Position numbers and translations under genes: made by a program
In this document: piece after piece, positions 50,323 to 60,919 of the stretch
Position numbering within the stretch: the stretch's first letter is position 1
Layout of the letters: every line of letters begins with the position of its first letter
Notes under the pieces: generated by a model
The model's database searches: none
Told to the model about the DNA's origin: nothing
Seen by the model: only the letters and a program-made list of their open reading frames with translations
Origin: an uncultured Prevotella sp.
GTDB taxonomy: Bacteria > Bacteroidota > Bacteroidia > Bacteroidales > Bacteroidaceae
DNA length: 64,000 nt
Assembly: GCA_964587945.1 (NCBI GenBank)
Contig: CAZPNC010000006.1
Coordinates: 8,792 to 72,791, forward strand
Reading direction: 5' to 3'

Positions 50323-52680
50323 CTAATTCTTCTTTATTTTCTTATGGTTTTGTATATATACGCCAGCAGGAAGAGAGTGCAGTCCGGAGCCCATCAACCG
50401 GCCATCAAGACTGTAAACGGAGGTGGCGGTGACAGTATCCGCCTGTGTCTCTATGTTTTTTACCGCCGTTATATCATCCAACGTCAGCGGTCCATAGTAA
50501 TAAAGGCGGAAATTATCAAGACAAGTCCATGATGAACTCAGACTGTTAGTACCACGGAGATAAAGATTCAAGTCTCCCGTTTCCGGTATATATGACGTCA
50601 CTTCATTATCTAATGCACCCTGAGTGAAATGCACTGCCGCACTCGCCATATTATCCGGAACGTATGTCCCGTCAACCATCTGCTTGTCACCGGAATGGAG
50701 TAATTTCGCACTACGGTCAGCCATGAGGTTCTTTATCAACTTGCTACCATACGTCGTAGACTGTAACCATATCTTGACCGTTACGCCATCGGTGCCGGAT
50801 GAATAGGCATTATAAACGTCTGTGTATGAACCGGGGCGCTGAAATGCCTGCACCTTCATGGTATATGAGCCCTTTGGCATTGCGGCTACCTTTTGCGTAG
50901 CACTGGCCGTGGTCTGATAGAACTCCACTTCGCCATAGTCATACGTTGCACCCGTCCCCATTGTCCATCCATCTGTGCCATTGGCAAAGGTGGGGTTGTC
51001 GAGAAAGGGTGTCAAATCAAATGGTTCCGCTATATCAGTTACCACCACTTGCGCAAGGAAAGCCTTGCCTGCTGCCATGACATCTGACGCATATCCGAGA
51101 ATCTCTGACGCTACCTTTGACACATTACACTTGGCAGAAAGGTCTGCAATGGTCTCAGCCAACACCTTGTCCGCTCCCGCTGACAGTTCGCGATGCGGTG
51201 TAAGGGCGAGTGTTTCCACTATATTCTTGTTTTCAACAAATACATCACGTGCCACAATGCCAGCATTTTCCTCTATTGAAGAAACCTGAGTAGCGGTACA
51301 TATCACCCACCTTTGTTTCTGCTTGTTGTCAGAAATGTCAAAGGGCTGAACCGTCGTTGCTCCGTCAGAGGATGCCTCAAGACAGCCAGGAGTGGCCGAA
51401 CTGTTATCAGGATGAATAACCCAATAGCCACGCTGTGGTGTTACCACGCTGCCAGAGGGAGTTTTTATATCAATTCGAGAACGCATAAGCTGGAAGTTTT
51501 CAGCCCCCGTCGGTGTAGTACGCTGTACGGTACGTATGCCATCCACCCCTGCTGACTGGTAAGTCATGTAATATCCGGTGGACGCATTGCGCAACTGGTA
51601 GTACTGATTGTTTGGAGAAAAAGTCACGAACCATGCTGCTGCATCATTCTTTTGGGCCTCTTCCACCGTCATTGTCTGCCACTTCAGATTGTGATTTGCG
51701 TCCTCCACGAGGAAGGATGTGTACAAGCCATAGTCACCACTCTCATTCTTTATGTAGTATTTTACATCGTCTTCCTGGTCAAAAGAATAGTACGGCAGAC
51801 CGAAGTTGTGCGATGTTGTAGGAGGAAGGCCATCCTCGCACACTGCCTGAGCCAACAGGCTGTTGCCTATATAAAGCACATCCGTACCCGTATCCTCATT
51901 TGCTCCATTGATGCCATAAGGCCAGAAATGTGTCACATCACCGTTTAGTATCCCGGTAGTAGTGTTGTCCCAAAAGCGCACTACTTCCGTTGCACGGTCA
52001 CCGAGCCACTGTCCTGTGCCACTGCCAGAGCGCAAAGGCGATGCAGAACCGTTCCACAAGGAGTGTGTGCCTACACCTATCGCATGCAGAGCCTCATGCA
52101 TCACAGTTCCTGTCCTTTGGTAAGAAGAATTCGGACCGACTCTCATCCAACCACCGTATGAGCAGTCAGCAGTCGGCGTGCTGGCCCCATAATGCACGTT
52201 AAGGTACAGGTCGCTGATACTTGTGAGATTGTTCCAATAGTCAACGCAACTGGCAACGGCACTGTTTATACGTGTGTTCTCATCGGTACTGCCACCGTTG
52301 TCATATCCCCAGGAGATTGTTCCCTTAGGCAAAGTGATTATCTTTATGGTCTCACCATAACTCACACTGCCGGTTGTGGTCTTGGCGTATGCACGTGCAT
52401 AGTACTTGGTGGCAGGCTGGAGATTCTTCATCCAGTATATCGCACCATTGTTTGTCAATTTAGTTTTGGTGACATTGTCATTGACGGTGGGTTCTTTCGT
52501 TTCCGCACTCCAGCAGAATCCGGCTTCCTGTATTATCGTGCCGTTAGCCTTTAACGTAGCACGTCCGAATGCCATAGTGGCTCCACGGGCGAACCTTGTA
52601 TCCGTTGTCACGATGGGTTCCTTTGCCATTGCCTGCAAAAAGGCAATGAATAATAGGGATATTGTAAATAATCTGTTCAT
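50323..52680 (-). CDS. T9SS-secreted zincin-like metallopeptidase with FN3-like, beta-trefoil-like and CBM-like modules
   Basis: GFCWS...LQPATKYYARAYA FN3-like N-terminus; TADCSYGGWMRVG...HEALHAIGVGTH; CTD VYSLDGR...LPAGVYI..KKI. Confidence 0.7.
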   Translation of the reverse strand: MNRLFTISLLFIAFLQAMAKEPIVTTDTRFARGATMAFGRATLKANGTIIQEAGFCWSAETKEPTVNDNVTKTKLTNNGAIYWMKNLQPATKYYARAYAKTTTGSVSYGETIKIITLPKGTISWGYDNGGSTDENTRINSAVASCVDYWNNLTSISDLYLNVHYGASTPTADCSYGGWMRVGPNSSYQRTGTVMHEALHAIGVGTHSLWNGSASPLRSGSGTGQWLGDRATEVVRFWDNTTTGILNGDVTHFWPYGINGANEDTGTDVLYIGNSLLAQAVCEDGLPPTTSHNFGLPYYSFDQEDDVKYYIKNESGDYGLYTSFLVEDANHNLKWQTMTVEEAQKNDAAAWFVTFSPNNQYYQLRNASTGYYMTYQSAGVDGIRTVQRTTPTGAENFQLMRSRIDIKTPSGSVVTPQRGYWVIHPDNSSATPGCLEASSDGATTVQPFDISDNKQKQRWVICTATQVSSIEENAGIVARDVFVENKNIVETLALTPHRELSAGADKVLAETIADLSAKCNVSKVASEILGYASDVMAAGKAFLAQVVVTDIAEPFDLTPFLDNPTFANGTDGWTMGTGATYDYGEVEFYQTTASATQKVAAMPKGSYTMKVQAFQRPGSYTDVYNAYSSGTDGVTVKIWLQSTTYGSKLIKNLMADRSAKLLHSGDKQMVDGTYVPDNMASAAVHFTQGALDNEVTSYIPETGDLNLYLRGTNSLSSSWTCLDNFRLYYYGPLTLDDITAVKNIETQADTVTATSVYSLDGRLMGSGLHSLPAGVYIQNHKKIKKN

Positions 52681-52743
52681 GTTCTATCGTAATTATAGTG
52701 TGTGTGTTTGTTTATCCACACCTGTTTCCTTTAGTGTCTTTAC

Positions 52744-55515
52744 TTAATAAACCGTTTGGTTTCTAATGTCATTCTTCAGTATCTTCACGCCATTCTTTAT
52801 TAAAACGCCCTGCGGAGCGGTCTTGCCGCTAACGGACTGGCCATTGATAAGGTATGTCCTTCCGCTGTCTGCGTCCGATTTATACGTTCCATCAGTGCCG
52901 CTGCCTGCCACGACCTTCACGTCAGTAGGGTCACCACCATTCATAACGCTCTGTACTTCTTCTGCCGAGAGAGCAGTATTGTATATACGGAAATCGTCGA
53001 TACTGCCTGTCATCAGCGGGTCTGAAGCGAACTGGCTACGACCTATATAATTGCGGACAGGTTTGAAATCCGTCGGTCTGATGGTTATATCACTGTTTGA
53101 AGCAACCATCGCACCGTCAACATAAAGCATGACTGCAGTAGAAGAAAGCGTCACCGTAAGATGATGCCAGCCTGCTGACGGCTTTGGAGCGGCAAGTATC
53201 TGTTCGTCACCACCATTCTTCAACACTACACGCATTTCCGAACCATTGCTTGGAGTGAGGAAGAAGTACTGTTCAGTGCCATTGCCGAAGTCGAAGATAC
53301 GCTGCCATGCCGCCATCGTTCCACTAAGATTGACCCATGCACTGACCGTCATCGCGGCATGATGTGTCACAGTTGGAGGCAGCATGATATACGAAGTCCC
53401 GGCAAGAGTGATAGCAGCATTACCTTCCTTCATGCCCTCGACTGTATAAGAGACAGTCCCTTCCGTCACAGCATCATTTATGTTCTCCGTCGCATCCTCC
53501 GTCGTAGCGTCGAAAGAATATCGTGCCACAAGTGCAGGTTTTACCTCTGCCCCACCCTGCATGGCGGTCACCGCGCTGGAAGCGGCGGACAAATTGCGGC
53601 TTTTGTCAATGGCCTTGAGCTTGTAAGCATATTCCACTGCACACTCGGCACTGTTGTCTATAAATGTCGTACCATAGACCATACGCCCTATCATGTCCCA
53701 TGAAGCAGGGTCACTGAGGTCTGCTGATGACAGTGCACGCAGCACCGCATAGCCTTCTATATCAGTTTCACTGTTAGCATTCCATTGCAGTTTCACGGAT
53801 GCAGACTGTGCTGTTGCCTTCAATCCCTTTGGGGCGGCAGGAGCGGTCTGCTCCAGTTTCGCATTTACAGGCATGAAACGCCACTGCTGGTTTGCCTTCC
53901 CCGTGAACTCGCCTTGCTGCAAATAGCCGTTCTTGTATATGGAAGAGTTGCGTATTTCAAGGTAAAGTCCGCTATGACGCGAGCGTAGATACCAATTTCC
54001 TGCACCGGCATATTCGGCAAACCACTGCTCATTGGTACCGCCATCGCCTGCATATCCGATAACCTCTCCACCTGCAGAAGTACTCCAATTTTTCATATCC
54101 ATCATCTGGGTATTGTCCCTAACGCTACGCAACAAGAAATAGCCGAAGTCTCCTGCCACTGTACTTGGCACAGGTTCAACCATCCATTGCTGATGCGTGG
54201 CAGCGTATGTGGAACTATAAGGCATCTGTGTGATGTTGAGTGCATTGCCCTTCACCCCATTGTAGAAACCGAGACACATAGACGAATTGGCATTCATTAT
54301 TACGAAAGTGCCCCCCATCAGACAATCAAGGGGTACATCCTCACCGCCGTTTATGTTTATCATTCTCTCAGCATTAGTCTGTCCTTCCGCATAACCTGTT
54401 CCTCCTGGAATGGTCATCGTATATGTGTTCACCGGCCCATACCCATCAAAATATACAGGTCTGTCAGTGGCTACGAAGTCAAATGACGATGTATTGGCCT
54501 GTCTTTCTGACGAGCCGATGAAAGCGTCAATGCGTCCGTTGGGACGTTTGTACACTGTGGCGGCAGTCCATGCAGAACGGTTTTCGGCATAGCCTATTTC
54601 CTTTCCATAGTATGAAGCCTTACAGTATTCGCCGCGCGCAGCACCGTCCCATCCCCACCATACACCTGTCTGCATACCATAGTGTGCGCCAATAAAGGCT
54701 TCACCTACATTATGCAGTTCGTCAGCAGTGGCATAATTTCCGTCAGAACGGACCTTCTGCCAGAAAGACACATAGTTATCAAAAGAGCCTGCAAGCTGAT
54801 GCGTATTGCCCTCCGTGACGTAAGGTTTCATGTAGTTGTACCATGACAGGGCTTGATCACAATTCAACGTATTGCCGGCAGAGATGCGTATGTCCTTCAT
54901 TTCCTCATCTTCGCTGATGAGTTTCGCTATCGCGCGAAAATGCGCCATGGTACCTTCACCCCACGGTGTGTAATCCGGTTCATTGAAAGGTGATACCGTA
55001 AGCACGGTAAAGCCCTTGGTCTGAATATACTTCACACTGGCTTTTATCACCTTATACCATTCTTCGGGTTTGCCATAATAGTTGGCAGCGTTAAGAGCTT
55101 CGTGGTCACAATTGAGTATCACACTATGCACACCGCTGATGGCTATATGGTTGAGGCGGGACTGCAACGCCGCCTGTTGTGCCGTGGAGAGATTGCCGGA
55201 GGCATCCACAAGGTCACTCGGCTGGAACGACACACGACCCGTGGCCATGACATCCCGCCCTATAAAGTTAGTACCGCGGACAACATTATCCTCGTTATCC
55301 CATGCCGTATCCATGCCCCAAAGTATAGGTGAAGCAGGAATAGCACTCTGATTGATATCTGCTGTTGCCTGAAAGCAGAGGGGGACAGCATTGCTGGCAC
55401 CGCCTTTCATTGCCATTGATGCATTAGGAGTGCGCTGGGCACATAAAAAACTCTCTCCGTTCTCCACCGTAAAGGGGAGAACGAAGAGAGTGGTAAGTAT
55501 AATATGTTTAGTCAT
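52744..55515 (-). CDS. T9SS-secreted protein: putative clan GH-A catalytic domain + ricin B lectin + FN3 + LamG
   Basis: SPFNEPDY, NTHQL, ADELH; QQW/EQW/QQW ricin repeats; APAAPKGL FN3; WQRIFDFGNG..WHHLTVT..LYVDG..IDDFRIYN LamG; CTD-like tail. Confidence 0.72.
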   Translation of the reverse strand: MTKHIILTTLFVLPFTVENGESFLCAQRTPNASMAMKGGASNAVPLCFQATADINQSAIPASPILWGMDTAWDNEDNVVRGTNFIGRDVMATGRVSFQPSDLVDASGNLSTAQQAALQSRLNHIAISGVHSVILNCDHEALNAANYYGKPEEWYKVIKASVKYIQTKGFTVLTVSPFNEPDYTPWGEGTMAHFRAIAKLISEDEEMKDIRISAGNTLNCDQALSWYNYMKPYVTEGNTHQLAGSFDNYVSFWQKVRSDGNYATADELHNVGEAFIGAHYGMQTGVWWGWDGAARGEYCKASYYGKEIGYAENRSAWTAATVYKRPNGRIDAFIGSSERQANTSSFDFVATDRPVYFDGYGPVNTYTMTIPGGTGYAEGQTNAERMININGGEDVPLDCLMGGTFVIMNANSSMCLGFYNGVKGNALNITQMPYSSTYAATHQQWMVEPVPSTVAGDFGYFLLRSVRDNTQMMDMKNWSTSAGGEVIGYAGDGGTNEQWFAEYAGAGNWYLRSRHSGLYLEIRNSSIYKNGYLQQGEFTGKANQQWRFMPVNAKLEQTAPAAPKGLKATAQSASVKLQWNANSETDIEGYAVLRALSSADLSDPASWDMIGRMVYGTTFIDNSAECAVEYAYKLKAIDKSRNLSAASSAVTAMQGGAEVKPALVARYSFDATTEDATENINDAVTEGTVSYTVEGMKEGNAAITLAGTSYIMLPPTVTHHAAMTVSAWVNLSGTMAAWQRIFDFGNGTEQYFFLTPSNGSEMRVVLKNGGDEQILAAPKPSAGWHHLTVTLSSTAVMLYVDGAMVASNSDITIRPTDFKPVRNYIGRSQFASDPLMTGSIDDFRIYNTALSAEEVQSVMNGGDPTDVKVVAGSGTDGTYKSDADSGRTYLINGQSVSGKTAPQGVLIKNGVKILKNDIRNQTVY

Positions 55516-55604
55516 ATCAGGTAGTTCCTTTGTACGGCCTTGTATACCGTTGTTTATCAGCCCGCTGTTTTTTTGAAGTCATCGGGCAGCAATATCTGGC
55601 TTTA

Positions 55605-57368
55605 TCAGTAGGCTATGCCTATCTGCCCATTCCATTTCAAGTACCAGTTGTTGGTATCTTCAAGCATAGTCTTCAGACTGGCATTCATTGTTCCGGTGCG
55701 CATCGCTATCTTGTCAGCAAGATATGAAGGGTCATTACGTCGCAACGCCACACGCATCAGGTCATAGAAACGATAACCTTCAAAGGCGAACTCCAGGCCC
55801 TCTTCGTCCATTATCATATTCTCCACCTGCGTCTGCTGCCACTTTCTCTGCTCCTGCTGGTCGGTAATGGCATTGTTTACTGGCATCTTGTAGTACTGGT
55901 TCTCCGGTGTGAAGCCACTACCACGGGAGTGTATACCCAAAGTGTTGGCATTAGAAAAAGCATTGTCTGGCCGGTAAACGACATATCGTGCATCCGGGAA
56001 GGTGAAAGTATTGACCAGCATTGCGGAATCTTCCTTTGAATAATATTTGGCAATACTGTCGTTAATAATCCTCTTGTTTACACCAGAAGAGAGTATCTGA
56101 TAAGCGAAATGGGGATAACCTGCACAGTTGAGAGCCTCTGCAAGTCGCAGATATACAAGTGTACGACGATATATATGTATGTTCCTGGTATTATACTTCC
56201 ATATATATTGCGAAGTATAACGCTGTCCGTCACTGTTTACAGCATTCTCGGTAGAAGACCACCATGTGGCAAGACGCAGGTCACCATTGTATGTTTCCAA
56301 GTTATCCTGCCTCTTAGGTGCGATGACGTATTTGCCGTTACTCTCATCGTAATGACAGTAGGACTGTGCAGCAGAGAGCGACTTCATGGCTTTTGATGGC
56401 ACAAGGCTTGCCTTATAGTCATTATCACTTGACGTATTGAATATGTTACGTAATTGGCTGTAATAGCCTTCTGACGGAACGGAATCCATTGGTATGATGG
56501 AAATAATCTCCGAAGTAGAGGTGTTCTTTTCCGTAGAGAACTGAGTATTTAGGTTATTACTAAAAGCGACCCATTGGGTATTAAGCCATGTTATGCGATT
56601 CAGTCCTGTAGGATAAGAAGTATTATTACCATTCCGGTTCATAATATAACTATAGTAGAATTTAGCGGCTTCCATATAATTGCCGTTCCAAAGGCTGAGA
56701 TCACCGAGTATCAGACGCATAGGTATGAAGAACATAGGTGACGGAAGACTCTTGATGTCTCCATAATTAGGGTATTCCTGATCCACAAGGTTCTGCAGTC
56801 CATCCTCATTGAGGAAATATTCGCAGATGCCCTTTATGTCCCTTGACGGATATGTCTTTTCCGCATCCTCCTTGGTAAGTATAGGCGTAGTGACAAACGG
56901 AACCTTGCCGTAAGTGATGACCATCTGCAAGTATGTCCAGGCACGTATGGCCTTAACAGCGGCATATTCTGCCTTGAAGACGTTCTCGTTACGGTTGTTC
57001 TTCATTGCTGTATCAGCACGTGCGATGAAGTAGTTACAGTTGTTGATGACGGCATAATAGTCGCGCGGCACGTTGTACTCGTTGTCATCGCCGATATTGA
57101 AGTTGGCTAATGCACGAAGGTCAACAGAGGTTGCGGATGTGACATTCACAAGGTCGCCTCGAGCCTCGCCCAACAACACGGTACGGTCTGCTATCGCCTG
57201 CAACTTGTTCAATATGCCGGTAACGGAATATATTGTGTCCGTAGCATTGTTGAGATGCTCATCATCCGCATTTATGATATATGTTGAGTCCTCATCAAAG
57301 AAATTTGAACAAGATGAGAAAGACAACATCGTGCAGATTGCTGCTGCTATAAAATATATACGTTTCAT
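55605..57368 (-). CDS. susD: SusD/RagB family nutrient-binding lipoprotein
   Basis: Lipobox FSSC; YYAVINNCNYFI, RAWTYL....YG.VP, YLRLAEALN, EFAFEGYRFYDL.R. Confidence 0.92.
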   Translation of the reverse strand: MKRIYFIAAAICTMLSFSSCSNFFDEDSTYIINADDEHLNNATDTIYSVTGILNKLQAIADRTVLLGEARGDLVNVTSATSVDLRALANFNIGDDNEYNVPRDYYAVINNCNYFIARADTAMKNNRNENVFKAEYAAVKAIRAWTYLQMVITYGKVPFVTTPILTKEDAEKTYPSRDIKGICEYFLNEDGLQNLVDQEYPNYGDIKSLPSPMFFIPMRLILGDLSLWNGNYMEAAKFYYSYIMNRNGNNTSYPTGLNRITWLNTQWVAFSNNLNTQFSTEKNTSTSEIISIIPMDSVPSEGYYSQLRNIFNTSSDNDYKASLVPSKAMKSLSAAQSYCHYDESNGKYVIAPKRQDNLETYNGDLRLATWWSSTENAVNSDGQRYTSQYIWKYNTRNIHIYRRTLVYLRLAEALNCAGYPHFAYQILSSGVNKRIINDSIAKYYSKEDSAMLVNTFTFPDARYVVYRPDNAFSNANTLGIHSRGSGFTPENQYYKMPVNNAITDQQEQRKWQQTQVENMIMDEEGLEFAFEGYRFYDLMRVALRRNDPSYLADKIAMRTGTMNASLKTMLEDTNNWYLKWNGQIGIAY

Positions 57369-57507
57369 ATCTTTTTAGTTGTTTGGTTATGTCGGTTTCA
57401 AGTTGTCGGCTATCAGTTGTCAGGCAGGCAGGTTTAGCATAGCGAAACCTATTCCGGGTATAACAATCTGACACCTACACCATGAAACCAATGACATACT
57501 TTAATTC

Positions 57508-60500
57508 TTAGAGATTAATCTTTACACCTGCAATGACACTACGACTCAGGCTTAGACAACCAGTATCCACACCCTGCCCGATAACAGATGAAGTGCTTGA
57601 GAACTCTGGGTCAGTACCGAGATACTTTGTCATAGTGAACAGGTTGTTGCCCTGTATCCAAAATTCAAGACCCTGAAGGAATGTCGAGTTCATAGGCATT
57701 TTGTAACTGAGTGTGACACTCTTAAGACGGAGATAGGAACCGTCTTCTATCCATCGGTCGCTGAAGCGTGAGTTACCCATTGGGTCATCAAATGTAAGCT
57801 TCGGCACATCTGTAACCTGTCCTTCTGCCATCCAACGATGGGTTAGTGAAGTTGTCTGATTGAGGAAGCGGCTGCCACCTTCAAGTTGCTGACGCATATA
57901 GTTGAAAACATCGTTGCCCACACAATAGTTGAAGTTCAAATCCAGCTTGAAACGCTTATAACCTACAGTGGCAAAGATGTTACCGTAAATGTCGGGGTTA
58001 GGGTCACCTATGATGACTTTGTCCTGCTCATTAATCTCACCGTCACCGTTCTGATCTATGAAATGTACGTCACCTGCCTCGAAATCAATCTTGGCACCGG
58101 TTTTATCCACGATGTAAAGGTTCTTTGTTGTCTCGCCTTTGCTATTGACATGCTTCTGCCCTGCAACCGCAGCTTCTTCTGTCGTAGCAAACACGGTATT
58201 GGCTGTCTGGTAACCATAGAACACACCGGCTGACTGACCTACAGCGGTAAGGATATTCTTGTCTCCATAATATGAAGAAGTGTAGTTACCGTTTGGCAGG
58301 GATGTGATTTCATTCTTATAGTGTCCCAATGATGCACCTATAGAAACATTCCAATCTTTGGTCGCAACCGGCTTACCCTTAATTGTAACATCCAAGCCGG
58401 CATTCTTCATCTTTCCTGAGTTTGCCCAATTATATTCCTGTCCAGAGAGGAAGCCAAGACTTTGCAAAGAGAGAAGGTCTGAGGTAACACTGCTAAAGAA
58501 ATTGAAGCCAAAGGAGATACGGTTATCAAGGAGCATAGCCTCCAAACCGACATTGAAACGCTTGGTGGTCTCCCACTTTATCTGGGTATTTCCTATGCCA
58601 GAGAAAGATAGGGCGGCGATGGAATTAAGATAAAGGGATGATGCAAAGTAACTCTGTGCGGCAAAGATGTCTATATTATCATTACCACTGATATCATAAC
58701 CTGCTGTGAGTTTAAGATAGTCAAGCCATTGTACATCAGCCAACCAAGGTTCATTTGTCATCACCCATGATCCTTGCACTGATGGGAATATCCCCCAATG
58801 TGCACCAAAAACCTTGATACCTCCATCTGCATCCTTACCAAAACGGGAAGAACCTGTGGCCGTGAGGTTGACTTGGGCAAAGTAACGGCCAAGATAGCTG
58901 TAGTTGCCTTGGGCGTACCAGTCGAGCGTACGCCATGAACGTTCAAGACCTTGCGCCTTTGCATTGAGTAGTGAAGAACTCATGAAAGGTGTTTTGTCAC
59001 TACCTGTATTATAACCTAACTGTGTACTGTTGGTGAAATTCTCAAGATTGAGACGTGCACCACCAAAGACGGTCACATCATGGGCATCATAACGGTTGGT
59101 CCAAGCGAGACGGGTGTCACTCTGCACGGAGTTCTGCTTTGAAGCAAGAGAACTTACCTCATTGTTACGGATTGCAGACACACTCTGAACATAGTATGAT
59201 GGAAGTCCCTTTACCGGGATATAATACTTCTCATTGGTATTGACAAGTGTGTAACTGAAATTCTCGCTCAAAGACAGATGACTGTTGAAATTATACTTTG
59301 GCGTAACGGAGATGTTGAGCATTGAATTCTCGAAGCGGTTCTTGTTTTCCGCATCCGCATACTCATTGAGTGCCGCAGGGTTGCCAAGTTGATAGTTGTA
59401 ACCTTTTTTGTTTGCCAAAGCCTCATCAAGGTATGACTCGTCCTCAGTATCAAGAGTGCTGTCACTGAGCTTGCCATTACCATAAGCATACGGGCTCAGG
59501 AATGGTGCCTTGACATAAGCGAGGAATGATGGTGATGTAGGCGTGCCTTCATCATACTGTGCTGGTGCGCCATCGTCACGGAGATTACGTGTGGTATTGC
59601 TGAAAGATGCGTCGAAACGGACATCAAACTTGCTTGTCAATGATATATCAGTATTGAAACGGACATTCAAACGGTTCATATCATTATACTTCAATGTACT
59701 CTGATGTGAGATGTAACCAACAGAGAGATTGTACTGTGCTATCTCATCACCACCTTCGACATTGATACCGTAGTTTTGCGTCATGGCAGTGTGATATATC
59801 TGTTCTTTCCAGTCTGTATTGTTGTGATACTGATTGTAGTAATAATATGTAGGGTCTGTATTCAGGAACTTGAAGGAAGTGATACTAGTACCAGTGCCTT
59901 TGAGAAGTTCCGAAGCGTAGCCACGATACTGCTCCGCGTCCATCATGCTGTAATACTTCGGCTCGAAACTCACGCCTGCAGAAATACTGGCAGTGATGTG
60001 TGTCGCCATACTTTTGCTTCGACGTGTGGTTATCTGTATAACACCATTGGCACCACGCGCACCATAAAGGGCTGTACCGTTACGTAGAATCTTAACATCA
60101 GCAATGTCATCGGTATTTATGGATGAAAGTATGTCATTGAACATTCCACTATGCAACATTGTGTTTTCATACTGCTGGTCTACAACAACACCATCGATGA
60201 CCACAAGTGGTTGCGCACTGACGTTGACAGAGTTGAGGCCCTGCACGAATGTAACCGCACCGACACCCGGTGTACCGCTTCGAGTTGTGGTAAAGGCATA
60301 AGCGCCAAGTTGTTTCTGCACTTCCTCCTTTATATTTGCAGCACTACTATAATGGAAGTCATTGGCAGCATGGTCTGCTGTCACGTTTGGAACTTCAGAA
60401 TAGTCCCCATTGAATATGGTGCTATAAAGACGTGTTTCTTTCTGCATCTCGCCCTTTGCGAGACCTACAGTGACAGAGTTGCGGTCAGGTGCTGACACGA

Positions 60501-60789
60501 ACACCGCAGAAGAGAACAGGGGAATATTCAGACTGTAGTCGCCCTTGTCATCTGTAAGTGTACTGTATCCCTCCACACCTGATGCCTTCACTATCGCGCC
60601 ACTGACGGGCTTGCCTGTGGCAGCATCTACGATATGGCCTTTCACTGTACGTGTTTCATATTTCTTCATCTGTGCCTTGACCACCTTTTGCGGTGTAGTC
60701 TCCTGCTCATTGTCCAGTTCGTCCTGTGCTGATACATACAGGGGGAACGCCATAAGCAACGCCAGTCCAGTTAATATATGTCGTTTCAT
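57508..60789 (-). CDS. susC: SusC/RagA TonB-dependent transporter
   Basis: PLVVIDGV, TALYGARGANGVI.ITT, IKWETT, GDVHFIDQNGDG.I, EDGSYLRLK. Start placed at MKRHIL (60789). Confidence 0.95.
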   Translation of the reverse strand: MKRHILTGLALLMAFPLYVSAQDELDNEQETTPQKVVKAQMKKYETRTVKGHIVDAATGKPVSGAIVKASGVEGYSTLTDDKGDYSLNIPLFSSAVFVSAPDRNSVTVGLAKGEMQKETRLYSTIFNGDYSEVPNVTADHAANDFHYSSAANIKEEVQKQLGAYAFTTTRSGTPGVGAVTFVQGLNSVNVSAQPLVVIDGVVVDQQYENTMLHSGMFNDILSSINTDDIADVKILRNGTALYGARGANGVIQITTRRSKSMATHITASISAGVSFEPKYYSMMDAEQYRGYASELLKGTGTSITSFKFLNTDPTYYYYNQYHNNTDWKEQIYHTAMTQNYGINVEGGDEIAQYNLSVGYISHQSTLKYNDMNRLNVRFNTDISLTSKFDVRFDASFSNTTRNLRDDGAPAQYDEGTPTSPSFLAYVKAPFLSPYAYGNGKLSDSTLDTEDESYLDEALANKKGYNYQLGNPAALNEYADAENKNRFENSMLNISVTPKYNFNSHLSLSENFSYTLVNTNEKYYIPVKGLPSYYVQSVSAIRNNEVSSLASKQNSVQSDTRLAWTNRYDAHDVTVFGGARLNLENFTNSTQLGYNTGSDKTPFMSSSLLNAKAQGLERSWRTLDWYAQGNYSYLGRYFAQVNLTATGSSRFGKDADGGIKVFGAHWGIFPSVQGSWVMTNEPWLADVQWLDYLKLTAGYDISGNDNIDIFAAQSYFASSLYLNSIAALSFSGIGNTQIKWETTKRFNVGLEAMLLDNRISFGFNFFSSVTSDLLSLQSLGFLSGQEYNWANSGKMKNAGLDVTIKGKPVATKDWNVSIGASLGHYKNEITSLPNGNYTSSYYGDKNILTAVGQSAGVFYGYQTANTVFATTEEAAVAGQKHVNSKGETTKNLYIVDKTGAKIDFEAGDVHFIDQNGDGEINEQDKVIIGDPNPDIYGNIFATVGYKRFKLDLNFNYCVGNDVFNYMRQQLEGGSRFLNQTTSLTHRWMAEGQVTDVPKLTFDDPMGNSRFSDRWIEDGSYLRLKSVTLSYKMPMNSTFLQGLEFWIQGNNLFTMTKYLGTDPEFSSTSSVIGQGVDTGCLSLSRSVIAGVKINL

Positions 60790-60919
60790 ATTGTTTGGTA
60801 TTTTTCGTTTTATGATTTGGTCATTTAGTCGTTTCAAGGTTTTGTTATATGGTTATTTACATATTGGCAAGATAACCATGCAAGTAAACAACTTGCAACC
60901 AGAAACAACTATATGGCTC

